Source of the DNA: Candidatus Bathyarchaeota archaeon
GTDB taxonomy: Archaea > Thermoproteota > Bathyarchaeia > Bathyarchaeales > Bathycorpusculaceae
Assembly: GCA_963833575.1 (NCBI GenBank)
Contig: CAWHXY010000006.1
Span: 160,001 to 224,000, forward strand
Direction: 5' to 3'
DNA: 64,000 nt
Of the stretch, positions 8,898 to 19,063 are shown piece after piece. The notes under the pieces were generated by a model. It made no database searches and was not told the origin of the DNA. It saw nothing but the letters and a program-made list of their open reading frames with translations. The translations under genes and the position numbers were made by a program. The first letter of the stretch is position 1. Every line of letters starts with the position of its first letter.

Positions 8898-10664
8898 TTA
8901 GAACAACGGCGGTTCTTGTGTGTTTGAAGACCTTAGGTTCAAGGGCAACTCAACCTTGATTGTTGTCCCGAGATTAACCTGGCTTTCAGCACTGATTTTT
9001 CCCTCATGTGCTTCAACGGCTCGCTTGCTAATAGCTAAGCCTAAACCCATACCCTTTGCTTTAGTTGTATACAAGGGCAACCAAAGCTTACTCAATGTTT
9101 CCTGAGTCATCCCTTCGCCAGTATCCTTAAAACTAAAAACCATCATCTCATCTTTTTGTTCGCATTTAATTGTTAGTATTCCACCTTTTGGCATGGCATC
9201 ATAAGCATTTTTTATTATGTTTGCAAAGGCTCGAGTCATTTTGCTTGAATCAATTTCGAACTTGGGATCTTCGCAGGTTTTATCTATTACTACAACATTT
9301 TCGGGTGCCAAACTGAAAGCTAAAGCATTATTCACTAATGACTTAGGTGTAACAGATTCTAGGTCAAGCCGTATTTCACTTGAGTAATCAATTAAATCGT
9401 TAACTATTTTATTAGAATAATTAATACTGCTGTCCATGCTTTCAAACATGACTTCATCTTTTTTATCCAGAACGTTGGCATATTTGGTTTTCAAATAGTA
9501 AGCTGCAACACCAATAGCGTTTAGGGGGTTCCGTAAATCATGCCCTAAGATTCCAGCTAGCTCACCAATTGAAGCAAGACGCTCTGACTTTATCACCTTT
9601 TGCTCCAACTCCTTCTGCTCTGTAACATCACGGATAACAAATGCCACTCCAACGTCATGACCTTTGTTGTCACAAACCACCGAACAAGACACAATACCCG
9701 TTCTCGGTAGGCCCGATTTTGAACGAAAAGTTATCGAATAATCTCTAAGCTCCCTCTGCTTACGAAGAAGAGCCATAAATTGAGAAGCTGAATAGCCCTT
9801 GCCAATAACACTAGCATCTTGAACAACATCAGTAATTGATTTTCCTAACACCTCGTCTTCCCTGCAGCCGGAAGTCAGCAAAAGAGCACGATTAACTTTA
9901 ACAATTATTCCTTCAAGGTTAACAAGTATGACAGATTCAAGCATTGTGGAAAAAATATTCTCAGCAGCTATCTCAGGTCTAAAACCGAATAATTTGTACT
10001 TCAACATGGCATAAACTACCAAAAAGCTTGTAAAACTGGCAGAGATTGCGCCTAAACCTGGAAAATCAATACCCATAATCGGAAACAAAGAATCTGTTAC
10101 TAAATCCAAGAATACTGGAATTGCAAAAGCAACAGCAACAAACACGGTTTGCTGCTTTCTTGTTTTGTCAATAATTCGATTATAATAACTAGCAAACAAA
10201 AACAGCACTAAAAGCATGGTAACTGCTGCCCAGAGGCCATCAATCCTCGAAATCCAAGAGTAGAGAGGTACAGTGTAGCTGTAACCCCAAGATTTCAAAA
10301 TGGGAGCCAAAGAAATCCAGTAAGTAGTCACATCAATCAACGAAAAAAGAAGCGGTGGAAAGTACAACGCCACATAGATTAGCTTGTTTTTTAACAAATC
10401 ACTCTCTGTGAAAGCAAGTGCAAAATGCAGTGTTAAAGCCATCAAGAACGGCCACAAGAAAATTTCTTTACCCCAAAAAGCTGCAGTTGAAGCGTTGGTT
10501 GATATGGTCAACATAAATTGACCGAAAGCCCAATACGCAGTACCAAACATAATTAACATGAAAAACCGATTTACCGTCGATTTTCTATTTATTAAATAAA
10601 CACTAACACCTAAAGGGATGCATAATGCGCTCGCAAACAAAGAGAGCAAAGCGTAAAGATTCAT
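8898..10664 (-). CDS. Sensor histidine kinase (7TM N-terminal domain, PAS, HisKA, HATPase)
   Basis: 7 TM helices; PAS (VN..L..SG); H-box GHDLRNPL; N-box NIIKNAYDAM; G1 DTGEGM; G2 TTKAKGMGLGL. Confidence 0.92.
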   Translation of the reverse strand: MNLYALLSLFASALCIPLGVSVYLINRKSTVNRFFMLIMFGTAYWAFGQFMLTISTNASTAAFWGKEIFLWPFLMALTLHFALAFTESDLLKNKLIYVALYFPPLLFSLIDVTTYWISLAPILKSWGYSYTVPLYSWISRIDGLWAAVTMLLVLFLFASYYNRIIDKTRKQQTVFVAVAFAIPVFLDLVTDSLFPIMGIDFPGLGAISASFTSFLVVYAMLKYKLFGFRPEIAAENIFSTMLESVILVNLEGIIVKVNRALLLTSGCREDEVLGKSITDVVQDASVIGKGYSASQFMALLRKQRELRDYSITFRSKSGLPRTGIVSCSVVCDNKGHDVGVAFVIRDVTEQKELEQKVIKSERLASIGELAGILGHDLRNPLNAIGVAAYYLKTKYANVLDKKDEVMFESMDSSINYSNKIVNDLIDYSSEIRLDLESVTPKSLVNNALAFSLAPENVVVIDKTCEDPKFEIDSSKMTRAFANIIKNAYDAMPKGGILTIKCEQKDEMMVFSFKDTGEGMTQETLSKLWLPLYTTKAKGMGLGLAISKRAVEAHEGKISAESQVNLGTTIKVELPLNLRSSNTQEPPLF

Positions 10665-10904
10665 CTATTTTTTCGCCAATCCAACCTTTCAACGATATAG
10701 CCAGTAAGACATTTCGATACGTTATATAGCCAATACAATCATCATTTTAAAAATAAAATAATATGTGCGAGCAATAAGGAATAACAATTTTCAAATCACA
10801 CTACAAAATAATCACTCTGAAAGAACATCAATCAGCATGCTTTTATTTGTGGGGCAAGAACTATCCCTTAACAAAATCCAACTCACAACGATGAAGGCAG
10901 ACGC

Positions 10905-12440
10905 ATGGTTGAGCTCAGAGCACAAGAACAACAATTACTCACCACCTTAGAATCATTAGGCGGAAAAGCTTCAGTAGACCAGTTAATTGATACTTGCGGA
11001 CTGCCAGATACTGCAGTTATGCGTATGGGGTTGACTCTTCAAGAAAAAAACCTCCTTGCAATACATGCCCAGCACCAAAATATCATCAAACTAACCCCTG
11101 AAGGAGAACAATACGCAAAAAAGGGTCTGCCAGAACGCAGTCTAATCCGCGCTGTAGCAGATCTAGGCGGAGCAGCTGACCTGCAAGCTGCGGCAAAACA
11201 AGCAGGAATCGAAGCTCAATTTATCCAAATCGCGCTTGGCTGGGCGATAAGAAAGAAATGGGCGCTTTACACCTCAAGCAACAACACTCTACGGATCAGC
11301 GAGTTACTATTGCATCAAGCATTTATTGAGGAAGGCTGCGACGAAACACTACTCAAATATCTAGGCGACAAGCATCAGCACCAAGCGGCAACCGAAGATT
11401 TAAGCCTAGAACTGAAAGAAGCGGCTGAGCAACTTAAAAAACGTAAGCTCGTAAACATCGAGCCTAAAACCGCACGTACGCTCCAAATCACTCTGGAGGG
11501 CAAGAAAGCAGCCGCCGAAGCCAAAGTAGCACCACAAGAAATCACCCAACTAACACCCGAACTCATAATCACCGGCAAATGGCACACTTCAAAACTGCAA
11601 AAATACAACATTGAAGCACCAGTAGCAAAAGCTTACCCAGGCAAAAAACATCCATATCTACAGTTTCTCGATGAAGTCCGAGAAAAACTCGTTAACCTTG
11701 GCTTCCAAGAGATGACAGGCACCGCCGTTGAAACCAGCTTCTTCAACTTTGATGCACTCTACGTACCTCAGGATCATCCAGCCCGTGAGGAAAGCGATAT
11801 CTACTATCTAAAGGACCCAAAATACGGAGACATAAGTAGTCACGCTCAAGCCGTAGAGCATGTTGCTGAAACGCATGAAAAAGGGTTGGAGACAGGTTCA
11901 ACCGGCTGGGGATACAAATACTCACTTTTAGCCGCCCAAAGATTGATTCTCCGCGGACATGGCACATGTCTCAGCGCACGAACATTGGAAAACAAAAACT
12001 TCCAAGTTCCAAGCAAACACTTCTCAATCGCACGTGTTTACCGTCCAGAAATAACCGACAAAACCCACCTATCCGAATTCAACCAAGTTGAAGGAATCAT
12101 TATAGACGAAAACTTAACGCTAAAAGACTTGTTAGGCGTGCTTGGTAAATTCGCCATTGAGATTGCTGGAGCAGATAAAGTTCGCTTCAAACCAGATTAT
12201 TTCCCATTTACAGAACCCAGTGTTGAACTCAGCGCTTACAAGGAAGGCTATGGCTGGGTAGAATTCGGCGGCTCAGGAATCTTCCGTCCAGAAGTCACCA
12301 TACCCCTTGGCGTAAAAGTACCCGTTATTGCTTGGGGACTAGGCGTCGACCGCCTCTTCATGATGCGTGCCGGCATAGAAGATATCAGAGATATTTTCAG
12401 CCAAGACCTTGATTGGCTACGCAAAAAACAGGTGACTTAA
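10905..12440 (+). CDS. pheS: Phenylalanyl-tRNA synthetase alpha subunit
   Basis: FNFDALYVPQDHPAR, THLSEFNQVEG, FPFTEPS, AWGLGVDRL. Confidence 0.97.
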   Translation: MVELRAQEQQLLTTLESLGGKASVDQLIDTCGLPDTAVMRMGLTLQEKNLLAIHAQHQNIIKLTPEGEQYAKKGLPERSLIRAVADLGGAADLQAAAKQAGIEAQFIQIALGWAIRKKWALYTSSNNTLRISELLLHQAFIEEGCDETLLKYLGDKHQHQAATEDLSLELKEAAEQLKKRKLVNIEPKTARTLQITLEGKKAAAEAKVAPQEITQLTPELIITGKWHTSKLQKYNIEAPVAKAYPGKKHPYLQFLDEVREKLVNLGFQEMTGTAVETSFFNFDALYVPQDHPAREESDIYYLKDPKYGDISSHAQAVEHVAETHEKGLETGSTGWGYKYSLLAAQRLILRGHGTCLSARTLENKNFQVPSKHFSIARVYRPEITDKTHLSEFNQVEGIIIDENLTLKDLLGVLGKFAIEIAGADKVRFKPDYFPFTEPSVELSAYKEGYGWVEFGGSGIFRPEVTIPLGVKVPVIAWGLGVDRLFMMRAGIEDIRDIFSQDLDWLRKKQVT

Positions 12441-14153
12441 ATGCCCACAATAGACATCGAATACCAAGAACTTGAACGTCTACTAAACTTAAAGTTTGAG
12501 GGCGACATGGCAAAACTCGACGACATTTTATCTATCATCAAAGGTGAAGTTAAACTCTACAACGAACGCGATGGCATAGCTAGCATAGAAATGAAAGACA
12601 CTAACCGCCCTGACCTCTGGAGCGTGGAAGGCCTAAGTAGGGCATTACGAGGCTACTTAAATCAAGAAAAAGGGCTAAAACAATATGCTTCAGGCAAGTC
12701 AATTGTCGAAGTGAACGTTAACGCGCAACTATATAATATTCGTCCTTTCATCTGTTGCTCCGTAATAAAAGACATTCATCTGACAGACAACACAATTAAA
12801 GGGATAATGCACCTGCAAGACAAACTGGACAAGACTTTTGGCAGAAACAGACAGAAAACTTCCATCGGAATTTACAATTTTGACCTAATTAAGCCACCAA
12901 TAGAGTACACTGCAGTTAAGCCGAAAGATGTACGTTTCATTCCCTTGGCATTTACAGAAAAGATGGATTTAGATGAGATTTTAGAAAAGCACCCAAAAGG
13001 CATTGAGTATGGCCACATAGTGAAAAAGAACTCCTTATACCCAATGTTGTTTGATTCTGAAGGCAAAGTCTTGTCTTTCCCCCCGATTATCAACTCAAAT
13101 GACTTAGGCAAAATCACTGAAGAATCAAGAAACTTACTGGTTGAAGTAACAGGTACTTTGCACAAAACTGTTCTAAATACTCTTAATCTGGTTACTGCCG
13201 CATTAATTGATCATGGTGGAAACCCCTACTCAGCAACTATACACTACCCGATAGGCTCAGAATACCAACAACAAACTGTTACAACACCAGATTTCAGCAA
13301 TCGATGCATGTCGTTAAGCGTTGAGGACACAAACAAGCTTCTCGGGCTCAAACTTTCAGCACATAAAATTTCTGAGTTGCTGTTAACGGCGGGCTTAGGA
13401 ATTGAAAAAATCAAAGCAGACAGTGTGGATGTGCTTGTTCCATGTTACCGCATAGACGTAACACATCAGGTTGATCTAATCGAGGATGTAGCAATTGCAT
13501 ATGGCTACAACAAAATTGAGCCGCTTTGGCGTGAACTAGCAACTGCGGGACGAGCAAAACCTGACCAACGGCTCATTAACATCGCAAGGGACTTGATGGT
13601 TGGGTTAGGATACCAAGAAATCCTAACATACACCCTCACGAACCCCGAAAGCCTCTTTGAAAAAATGAACAAACAAAAAACCCCCCTAGTTGAACTGGAC
13701 AACCCCAAAGTCGTCACCATGACATGCCTGCGCAACTGGCTACTACCAAGCCTCATGGAGTTCCTCAGCAACAACCAATCCGTAGAGTTTCCACAAAAGA
13801 TCTATGAACTCGGAAAAGTCACCTTGCCAGACGAGACAAAAGAAACCAAAACACGCGACGAAGAATGGCTAAGTGCTGCAACCGTACATGCAAACTCAAA
13901 CTTTACCGAAATAAAATCAGCCCTAGACGCATTCATGAGCAATTTTTGGGTTGATTGGCAAATAGAAGAAACCACTCATCCAAGCTACATTGAAGGCAGA
14001 GTCGGCAAAATAATCGTGGCTGGAATGGAAGTGGGCATTGTCGGCGAAATCAATCCCTTAGTGCTTGAAGCATGGAAACTTGAAAACCCTACTGCTGCAT
14101 TTGAAATTAACCTACAAAGAATTCTCGAAAACAAATTAAACAAAAAAGCATAG
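12441..14153 (+). CDS. pheT: Phenylalanyl-tRNA synthetase beta subunit
   Basis: NRPDLWSVEG, LSFPPIINS, R.D..H.VDLIEDVAIAYGY; abuts pheS. Confidence 0.97.
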   Translation: MPTIDIEYQELERLLNLKFEGDMAKLDDILSIIKGEVKLYNERDGIASIEMKDTNRPDLWSVEGLSRALRGYLNQEKGLKQYASGKSIVEVNVNAQLYNIRPFICCSVIKDIHLTDNTIKGIMHLQDKLDKTFGRNRQKTSIGIYNFDLIKPPIEYTAVKPKDVRFIPLAFTEKMDLDEILEKHPKGIEYGHIVKKNSLYPMLFDSEGKVLSFPPIINSNDLGKITEESRNLLVEVTGTLHKTVLNTLNLVTAALIDHGGNPYSATIHYPIGSEYQQQTVTTPDFSNRCMSLSVEDTNKLLGLKLSAHKISELLLTAGLGIEKIKADSVDVLVPCYRIDVTHQVDLIEDVAIAYGYNKIEPLWRELATAGRAKPDQRLINIARDLMVGLGYQEILTYTLTNPESLFEKMNKQKTPLVELDNPKVVTMTCLRNWLLPSLMEFLSNNQSVEFPQKIYELGKVTLPDETKETKTRDEEWLSAATVHANSNFTEIKSALDAFMSNFWVDWQIEETTHPSYIEGRVGKIIVAGMEVGIVGEINPLVLEAWKLENPTAAFEINLQRILENKLNKKA

Positions 14154-14180
14154 CCGCCTTTTAGCCGTACTCAATTGCAA

Positions 14181-14978
14181 CTAAAACCATGAAAGAGTCC
14201 CATTTTTTCTTGCCGTTTTAAGACACCACGCGTAAATGACATATCCTACGGGCACGATGATGGCACACATCAAAGCTAAGACCAAGAGGTTAGGCAGAAT
14301 CGAGGCAATAGTTGCGCCGGTAAACATGAACCTGATACATGTGAAGAAGTAATAGGGCGGAGTGATGTAGGCGATTATTTGCAATGCATATGGCAGGACT
14401 TGCACTGGGAAGAACACGTTGCCAAATAGACTTATCAATATGGTCATGAGCGCTGTGACGGGGTCGCCTTGTTTGGTTAAAATGAGTATGCCTGAGCCTA
14501 TCATGCTGATTCCGATGAAAGTGCCAATGCCTAAGGCTAACACAATCAGTGCACCAACCACATTAATGCTTAACACTACCCCGAAAACATACACACCGAT
14601 AAGAAGGTAAACCGCAACTACACCCGTGCTCCAGATAAAGCCCCAAATTGAACTACCGAGAATAAAGGTTGTCAAACGAGTCGGCGAAACCAAGACTTCT
14701 TCAAGCGCCCAAGGATTAATTGTTTTCTGAACCAGCGTCAAAGCCTGCCCAAGATAACTGTTAAAGGCTAACCCGATAAGCAGATAAGTCGTGTAGGACG
14801 TGTGGTTTATGTTAGTTACAGTTTGATTAACTGAGCTTTGCCCAAGATAAGCAAAAGTTAACGCTCCAAAAATAGCGGTGAAAACCAGAATAACTATGTT
14901 TGTTTTGTAGGTTGAGAAGCTTACTATGTCTCGCTTCATGAAGTACCAGATTTTCTCAAGCTCAGCTAACAGACCCAC
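14181..14978 (-). CDS. ABC-2 type exporter permease
   Basis: 6 TM; LEEVLVSP, FGNVFFPVQVLP, GTLSWF; follows ABC ATPase. Confidence 0.88.
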   Translation of the reverse strand: MGLLAELEKIWYFMKRDIVSFSTYKTNIVILVFTAIFGALTFAYLGQSSVNQTVTNINHTSYTTYLLIGLAFNSYLGQALTLVQKTINPWALEEVLVSPTRLTTFILGSSIWGFIWSTGVVAVYLLIGVYVFGVVLSINVVGALIVLALGIGTFIGISMIGSGILILTKQGDPVTALMTILISLFGNVFFPVQVLPYALQIIAYITPPYYFFTCIRFMFTGATIASILPNLLVLALMCAIIVPVGYVIYAWCLKTARKNGTLSWF

Positions 14979-14982
14979 GCAA

Positions 14983-15999
14983 TCATTCTCTCCGTGTTAA
15001 CTCAATAAATGCGTCTTCCAAGCTGGGTTCTTCGCGCTTGAAGTTGACAAATTTGATTTTTTGTTCAAAAAGGAAGTCAAAGATTGTTTGCAGTTGGTCA
15101 ACGTTTTGCAGTTGGACACATAAGCCTTTCTGGTTGGGCATTAGGTCTGGATCGGTTTTTTCGTTTATGCTGATTACGCCTTGGATTGAACGCATTTTGT
15201 CCACTTGAGCTGGCGTTATTTCTTCAAGTATTAGATAGATTAGTTCTTCTTTTTTGATTTTATCTCGCAAAGCGGCAGGGGTGTCGCAAGCAATGATTTT
15301 TCCTTGTTTAAGAATTCCAATTTTAGTGCAAATTTGCGCTGCTTCTTCAATGTAATGAGTTGTATATAGAACTGTTTTGCCTTTCTCCTGAACGGCAGTC
15401 TTTACAAAGTCCCGAATGTTACGTGAGGAAATTGCGTCTAAACCAGTTGTAGGTTCGTCAAGCATAATTATAGGCGGGTCTGCAAGCAACGTTCGGGCAA
15501 GAGCAAGTTTTCTTTTCATTCCACCAGAATACTTCTGATAGAGCTGTAAAGCGTTGTTTTCTAAACCCACCAGCCGCATTACTTCCATGATACGTTTTTG
15601 CCTTTTCTGCCTGGGCACATTGTAAATTGCAGCGAAAAATTCTAGATTTCTGTAACCGTTGAGACGCCAGAAAAAACCTCTTTCTCCAACGCTGAAAAGT
15701 GTGCCAAGAGAGCGTTTTACCTGCATTTGCTGCTTAACTACGTCGTAACCGTTGATTAATGCAGTTCCCTTATCAGGCGGAAGAAGAGTGCATAGCATTT
15801 TGACGAGGGTTGTTTTTCCCGCGCCGTTTGGCCCTAAAAGACCAAAAAGCTCGCCTCTCTTAATTTCAAAGTTAAGATTATCAATGGCATTTACGGAAAC
15901 TGTTTTGCGACTAAAAAATCCAGAGTCCGAGTTCTGAGATTTTGATTTGAATGTTTTCGTTAAGTTGATTGTTTGGATGGCGTTTTCAGTTTGCAACAT
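14983..15999 (-). CDS. ABC exporter ATP-binding subunit
   Basis: GPNGAGKTT, YSGGM, IMLDEPTTGLD, TTHY, EPSLEDAF. Confidence 0.95.
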   Translation of the reverse strand: MLQTENAIQTINLTKTFKSKSQNSDSGFFSRKTVSVNAIDNLNFEIKRGELFGLLGPNGAGKTTLVKMLCTLLPPDKGTALINGYDVVKQQMQVKRSLGTLFSVGERGFFWRLNGYRNLEFFAAIYNVPRQKRQKRIMEVMRLVGLENNALQLYQKYSGGMKRKLALARTLLADPPIIMLDEPTTGLDAISSRNIRDFVKTAVQEKGKTVLYTTHYIEEAAQICTKIGILKQGKIIACDTPAALRDKIKKEELIYLILEEITPAQVDKMRSIQGVISINEKTDPDLMPNQKGLCVQLQNVDQLQTIFDFLFEQKIKFVNFKREEPSLEDAFIELTRRE

Positions 16000-16090
16000 T
16001 AGTCCTCTTAATCCAAATTAGGCAAAAGCACTCAGTTATCATTTCAGGTAAGGTTAGCTATCAATTAAGCGTTTCTAAATAATGCACCAC

Positions 16091-17011
16091 TTAAAATCGA
16101 TGAATAAACGAGGTAAGTTGTTGGGCATTCTCGAATTTTTCCGTTAGTGGTACTTGCAAGTATGCGGCATACTTGTTGTAGTAGGGTGCGCCTTTTCTTG
16201 AGAATAAAGTTAAGACTTTTCCTTCATGATTAATTTTAAAACCTACATCGCTTGCTTCGTGCCCCCGAATCAAAATTTTGACTTGCAACCGTCTAAGAAC
16301 TTCCTCAGTCACTTTTTTGCCAAAAAGCTTTCCTATACTCCTTGGAGAAAAAGAGACGCCTGGCAACGCTTCAGCTGGATCGCTCCAAAGCAAATCTTCT
16401 AGCAAAGCTTCGTTTTGATTTTCTTGTGCTTCTGCGATGTCTTGAACACTACTTATTTCTGGAGATAAGCCGCCATGAACCATCAGATAGCAATTAGGCA
16501 CATACAACGCATTATATAGGCAAGTGTGAAATTCACGTATTTTCGCGTAAGTTGTTTGCCAATCTTCGCCAAACCTGCGTTGGAATTGATAAGGCAAATC
16601 ATGCGGTTCGCCCAGCAAATCTTGTGGTGCTTCATGGTTTCCCCTCAGCAGAACAACTTGTTTAGGATAAGTAAGCTTTAGCTTTAGAATAAAATAGTAG
16701 ATTTCTGTTGATTTTTCGCCTCTGTCGCCATAATCACCCAAAAAAATCATTGTTGCATCTTTAGCTTTCTCCATTTTCTTGAGAAAACAGCTTGTCTGAA
16801 GGATAGATGTGAGGCTTTCTAGATCTCCATGCAAGTCGCCAATTACTAATGCTTCGCCAATTGGTTCAAGCTTAACTAAATGATTTATTATTGTCAAATT
16901 GCCAATTTGGCCATCTTCTTTTTGCAACAAACAGGTGGCTTTTTCTATTATTTCGATGAAATCGCTTCTTTGGATGCTTAAGGCTTCTTCAACAAGTGAA
17001 GGCAAATCCAA
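16091..17011 (-). CDS. PPP-family Ser/Thr protein phosphatase
   Basis: GDLHG, GDYGDRG, LRGNHE, VHGG, DLLWSDP, IRGHE, TLFS. Confidence 0.92.
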   Translation of the reverse strand: MDLPSLVEEALSIQRSDFIEIIEKATCLLQKEDGQIGNLTIINHLVKLEPIGEALVIGDLHGDLESLTSILQTSCFLKKMEKAKDATMIFLGDYGDRGEKSTEIYYFILKLKLTYPKQVVLLRGNHEAPQDLLGEPHDLPYQFQRRFGEDWQTTYAKIREFHTCLYNALYVPNCYLMVHGGLSPEISSVQDIAEAQENQNEALLEDLLWSDPAEALPGVSFSPRSIGKLFGKKVTEEVLRRLQVKILIRGHEASDVGFKINHEGKVLTLFSRKGAPYYNKYAAYLQVPLTEKFENAQQLTSFIHRF

Positions 17012-17028
17012 AACTCAAACACCCAAGA

Positions 17029-18279
17029 CTATGGGATTTGAACTTTTATGTTGATTGAGTTGAGGATGTTTCTTTCAATTGTTCGCTTCATGTTGCTGAT
17101 TTTGTCCACAGTTTCAATGTATGCATTTTCTTTGACTGCTTCATGTGTTTCGATGCTTGTTTTTCTAGCTTTTAGCAACTCAACTTGGCTTTCAAACACT
17201 GAAATGTTGTGTTTTATTTCATCCATCTTTGAAGATTCCAATAACTGCTGTTTTATGTTTGCCATTTCCGTGCATCTTAATTGAAGTTTTGCAAGTGAAT
17301 TTTGCTTGAGTATTTCATTTATTGATTGTTGGGCTTTGCGTGCTTTATCTTGTTTGAGCTTTAGTTTGTCCTCTTCGATTAAGAGTTCAAGTTTTTGCAA
17401 AATTTCTTCAAGTACTGGAAAACCGTTTTTCTCGCTTGTAAGCGCCTCAAAAGGGTTCTCCAAGTACTGACTTACTTTTTGGAGTTCATCGGGAGTTACT
17501 CCTGCTCCGCCTCCTGAAGTGGCTAAGGCTTGCATTTTTATGAAGGGTTTTTGCAGGTGCCTGAGCGAATGTTTCAATTCAGCGGTTAGAGTGTCTATTT
17601 CTGCGTTTACCATATTGAGTTTGTCAATCGGTCCTTTAGTTTTTAGCTCATCAATTTTTTGTTCTAATTCAGCGATTTCTTTGTCGACTGGCAAACGCTC
17701 ATTTCTTAATTGTTCTTTTTCGTCTCCAATTGTTGCTATCTGTTTTTGAACGTTTTGAAGTTCATTTAGAAGCTGGAGAGATTCTTCCAAAGTTTTAGTT
17801 TTAACGTATTCTTTTGTGATGAAATCGTTGAGTGTTTGATGTGCAGCTTTAGCTCTTTCGTATATGGTCAGGAATTTTCTTCTGTCCATAATAAAGAATG
17901 GTGAAATTCTTGGAAACCAGTTTTTTATGTCTATTTCAGTTACTAAAAAGATTTTTTGGATTTCTTGAGCGTACCTGCTTAGGGTGTCGTAAGAAATTTC
18001 TTCTGGTGGGTTAAGTTTTTTGAGACGATCGAGGAACAGATGAGCAAGCTTGTTTAGGGCTCTGGCTCGATTGTAAACTTTCATGTTTCTTCTTTCGATT
18101 TCTTTTGTGCTGTTGTCCAACAGCATTTTGCTTACGTCGCCTATGCTTTGGATCGCCATGTTCATTTCATCTCTTAGTCTTTTAGCTTGAGCATGAACTG
18201 GCGAAAGGATTGAGCTGGTTTGGTCTTCAAGCCAACGTTTAACTTCGTTAGTTGATGAGAACTGGATTGCTTCAGTCAA
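17029..18279 (-). CDS. Long coiled-coil protein of unknown function
   Basis: E/K/L/Q-rich heptads throughout; no Walker motifs; 17 bp upstream of the phosphatase gene. Confidence 0.65.
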   Translation of the reverse strand: MTEAIQFSSTNEVKRWLEDQTSSILSPVHAQAKRLRDEMNMAIQSIGDVSKMLLDNSTKEIERRNMKVYNRARALNKLAHLFLDRLKKLNPPEEISYDTLSRYAQEIQKIFLVTEIDIKNWFPRISPFFIMDRRKFLTIYERAKAAHQTLNDFITKEYVKTKTLEESLQLLNELQNVQKQIATIGDEKEQLRNERLPVDKEIAELEQKIDELKTKGPIDKLNMVNAEIDTLTAELKHSLRHLQKPFIKMQALATSGGGAGVTPDELQKVSQYLENPFEALTSEKNGFPVLEEILQKLELLIEEDKLKLKQDKARKAQQSINEILKQNSLAKLQLRCTEMANIKQQLLESSKMDEIKHNISVFESQVELLKARKTSIETHEAVKENAYIETVDKISNMKRTIERNILNSINIKVQIP

Positions 18280-18419
18280 TGCGCTTCACTATACCCTATA
18301 TTTTATCTGGGTTATTTATCAATTTTAGCCTATATTTAACCCAATTTTGATTACCTTTTTTTGAGTAGCTACTCTTAAATAGCTAACGATGGCATTGAAC
18401 AAACGGACGTGCAAACCAA

Positions 18420-19031
18420 TTGAACACAAAAACACTAGCGCTAATCATAATCTTTGTAGCATTAACCACTGCACTAAACATTGCGGGACCAAAAATTCCA
18501 TTTCCGTTTGCACCATTCTTATATTACCAAATTTGGGAAATCCCCATTGTTGCAGCTTTCTTGACTATTGGGCCAAAAACCGGGTTAGCCGTCGCGGGGC
18601 TAAACACCTTGCTTCTCCTTATAGTATTCCCAGGAAATCTTCCAACTGGACCCTTCTATAATTTAATCGCCGAACTTGCAATGCTGATAGGAATCTACGC
18701 AGCCTACAAATTAGCCACCTATAGATGCCCGACTGAAAAAATAGGCTCCTTCCTGAAACAACATAAATTAGGGTTAAGCATCTCCGCAACTGCGCTCGGA
18801 GTCACCACGCGTGTCATAATAACAACAGTTGCGAATTATTCCTTGATAGCTCAACCCTCACCAATCGGCTTTGGCTCGTTCTTCTCATTTGGAGGACTAG
18901 GGGGTCAAGCAGGCGTAATTGCGTTTCTGCCTTTCAGTGTACTATTTAATGCTACGATAGCACTCTACACTATTCCTATTGGAGTCATCGTAGCAATAGC
19001 TATCAATTCAAACTTTAAACAGCTAACATAA
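18420..19031 (+). CDS. ECF transporter S component (substrate unknown)
   Basis: About 6 TM; PFAPFLYYQIWEIP, GP..G, R...T...NY pattern. Confidence 0.7.
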   Translation: MNTKTLALIIIFVALTTALNIAGPKIPFPFAPFLYYQIWEIPIVAAFLTIGPKTGLAVAGLNTLLLLIVFPGNLPTGPFYNLIAELAMLIGIYAAYKLATYRCPTEKIGSFLKQHKLGLSISATALGVTTRVIITTVANYSLIAQPSPIGFGSFFSFGGLGGQAGVIAFLPFSVLFNATIALYTIPIGVIVAIAINSNFKQLT

Positions 19032-19063
19032 AAAAAAGAAAAATAAAGCTAATTAAGTAAAAT

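Noticed and set aside
17029-18279. SMC/Rad50 paired with an Mre11-like nuclease
   Set aside because: The coiled-coil protein lacks Walker and signature motifs, and the neighbour has PPP phosphatase motifs rather than Mre11 motifs
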